Of a DNA stretch of 64,000 nt, positions 62,601-64,000 are shown piece after piece; position 1 is the first letter of the stretch; each line of letters opens with the position of its first letter. The DNA is from Azolla caroliniana (lineage: Eukaryota; Plantae; Polypodiophyta). Below the pieces are notes generated by a model, which worked only from the letters and a program-made list of their open reading frames with translations, did no database searches and was not told where the DNA came from. Made by a program: the position numbers and the translations under genes. The stretch is taken from assembly GCA_043228905.1 (NCBI GenBank), contig JBHGNT010000010.1:8680001-8744000 (forward strand). Reading direction: 5' to 3'.

Positions 62601-64000
62601 ACGCAAATTGGCGTGCCGCTATGGAGGAAGAAATGCGGGCACTTGATGTCAACGAGACATGGGACCTAGTTGACCCTCCCTGTCAATGTAAACCGATCAG
62701 ATGCAAGTGGGTGTACAAGATAAAATACAATGCCGACGGTTCAGTTAACCGGTACAAGGCCCGGTTAGTGGCGAAGGGATACGCATAGACCCACGGAATC
62801 AACTACGACGAGACCTTTGGTGCGTGCAACGGATACTGTGATATGTAAGCGGCACGAAGGACCGGGGACTGTTATACCGACGAGGTATAACCGCTGACCT
62901 AGTCGGTTACACAGATGCTGACTGGGCCGGCGAAACGTCGGATCGCAGATCCACTTCCGGTTACATGTTTTCTCTAGGGAGCACAACTATTGCGTGGAGC
63001 AGCAAAAAGCAGCCAACAGTGGCTCTATCAAGCACTGAGGCTGAGTACCAGGGCGCTACCATTGCCACCTGCGAAGCCATTTGGCTTTGGCGACTGCTGC
63101 GAGACTTGCGGATCGAGGTACCAACCCCGATCCCGATTTATTGTGATAACATCAGCAGCATGCAGCTCGCTAAGAACCCTGTGTTCCATGCTCGCATGAA
63201 GCACATAGAAGTGCATTATCACTTTGTGCGTGAGCGGGTCTTGAGCGGTGAAGTTGAACTACGGTATGTTCACACGTATCGTCAAGTTGCCGACATCTTC
63301 ACCAAGTCGCTCGGATCGGACCAGTTGCAGCACTTTACCGACATGCTTGGTGTTCAGCATCTCAACGTGCCACACTTGAGCGGGAGAACGGGCAAAGACA
63401 CCGGAACGGGCAAAGGCAAAGAGACTGCCGATTGCGCCGGTGAGGGAAGAACAGAAGGCGGCAGAGTCAAGAAGGACAGAGCCGACCGAAGGAAGAAGGC
63501 CAAGACCCGGACATGGTCCGATGTGGTAATAGGCTTGGAACCAGAAGACGAATTGGGAGCAACCGATTCAGACAAGAGCTGGAACGAATCGGAGACAATC
63601 GATTCGGTTCAACAGATAGATTCGGAAGAACCGGATCAATTCAAGGCCAAGTAGACATGGATGCAACGAAAGTCGATGCCATCGCAGAGGAACCAACGAA
63701 TCGATAAGCGTCGTAGTCATAGCAATGAAGGAGCTGAGTGGGGCCTATTGAGCAGACATACCGACTGAGAAGGTCGAGGGGCGTAGAACAAGAGGGGTCG
63801 CAGCAAACAGAACCGGACCGGACGAGGAGCGCGAGCAAGGCGGAGCGACGCCAGAAGAAGTTGGTTGGAAGAACCGATTGCCACAGAGGCTGACACTAGG
63901 ATCCAACCTCAAGTTGAGCTTGAGGGGGAGTGTTGAAGCGGCAAGCTCAATTGGAGCCGGATCGGCTGGATAAGCTTGAGCCGGCAAGCGAGACGGATCG
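59645..64000 (+). mobile_element. Decayed Ty1/copia LTR retrotransposon (same family as 46229-51279); 3' LTR runs off the window
   Basis: 5' LTR 59645-60059; PBS TGGTATCAGAGC at 60060; 3' LTR starts at 63931 after PPT GAGGGGGAG; deletions in gag (~60480) and RT (~62820). Confidence 0.92.

Overview
Repeat-dominated eukaryotic nuclear DNA from a land plant (probably a non-seed plant such as a fern; inferred from the Tcn1/Tf1-like chromovirus, not proven). Only one clear host gene is present: a 3-exon LOG2/LUL-type RING E3 ligase (41877-43306). The most unusual object is a 12.4-kb cut-and-paste DNA transposon (5702-18128; 25-bp GGG...CCC TIRs, 4-bp TSD TGAT) with a Sola2-type DDD transposase. 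It also carries a convergent multi-exon accessory gene (coiled coil + RING-H2-like, probably spliceable to an FCP1/SCP-like domain lacking the canonical catalytic motif). The longest intron of each gene is a 1.5-2 kb array of one palindrome, TAGCTAATTAGCTA, which also flanks both TIRs. This element sits in a Ty3/gypsy chromovirus (3311-21448, TSD AATTC) with a Tf1-like self-priming signature, which itself interrupts an older gypsy pol. Other content: two very young, related Tork-like Ty1/copia elements inserted 136 bp apart in opposite orientation into one solo LTR; two decayed copia elements of another family; a non-autonomous hAT; LINE relics; a fold-back tandem array of tRNA-Phe pseudogenes; and a second array derived from tRNA-Leu(UAA). 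All calls come from reading the sequence by eye; no database searches were run.
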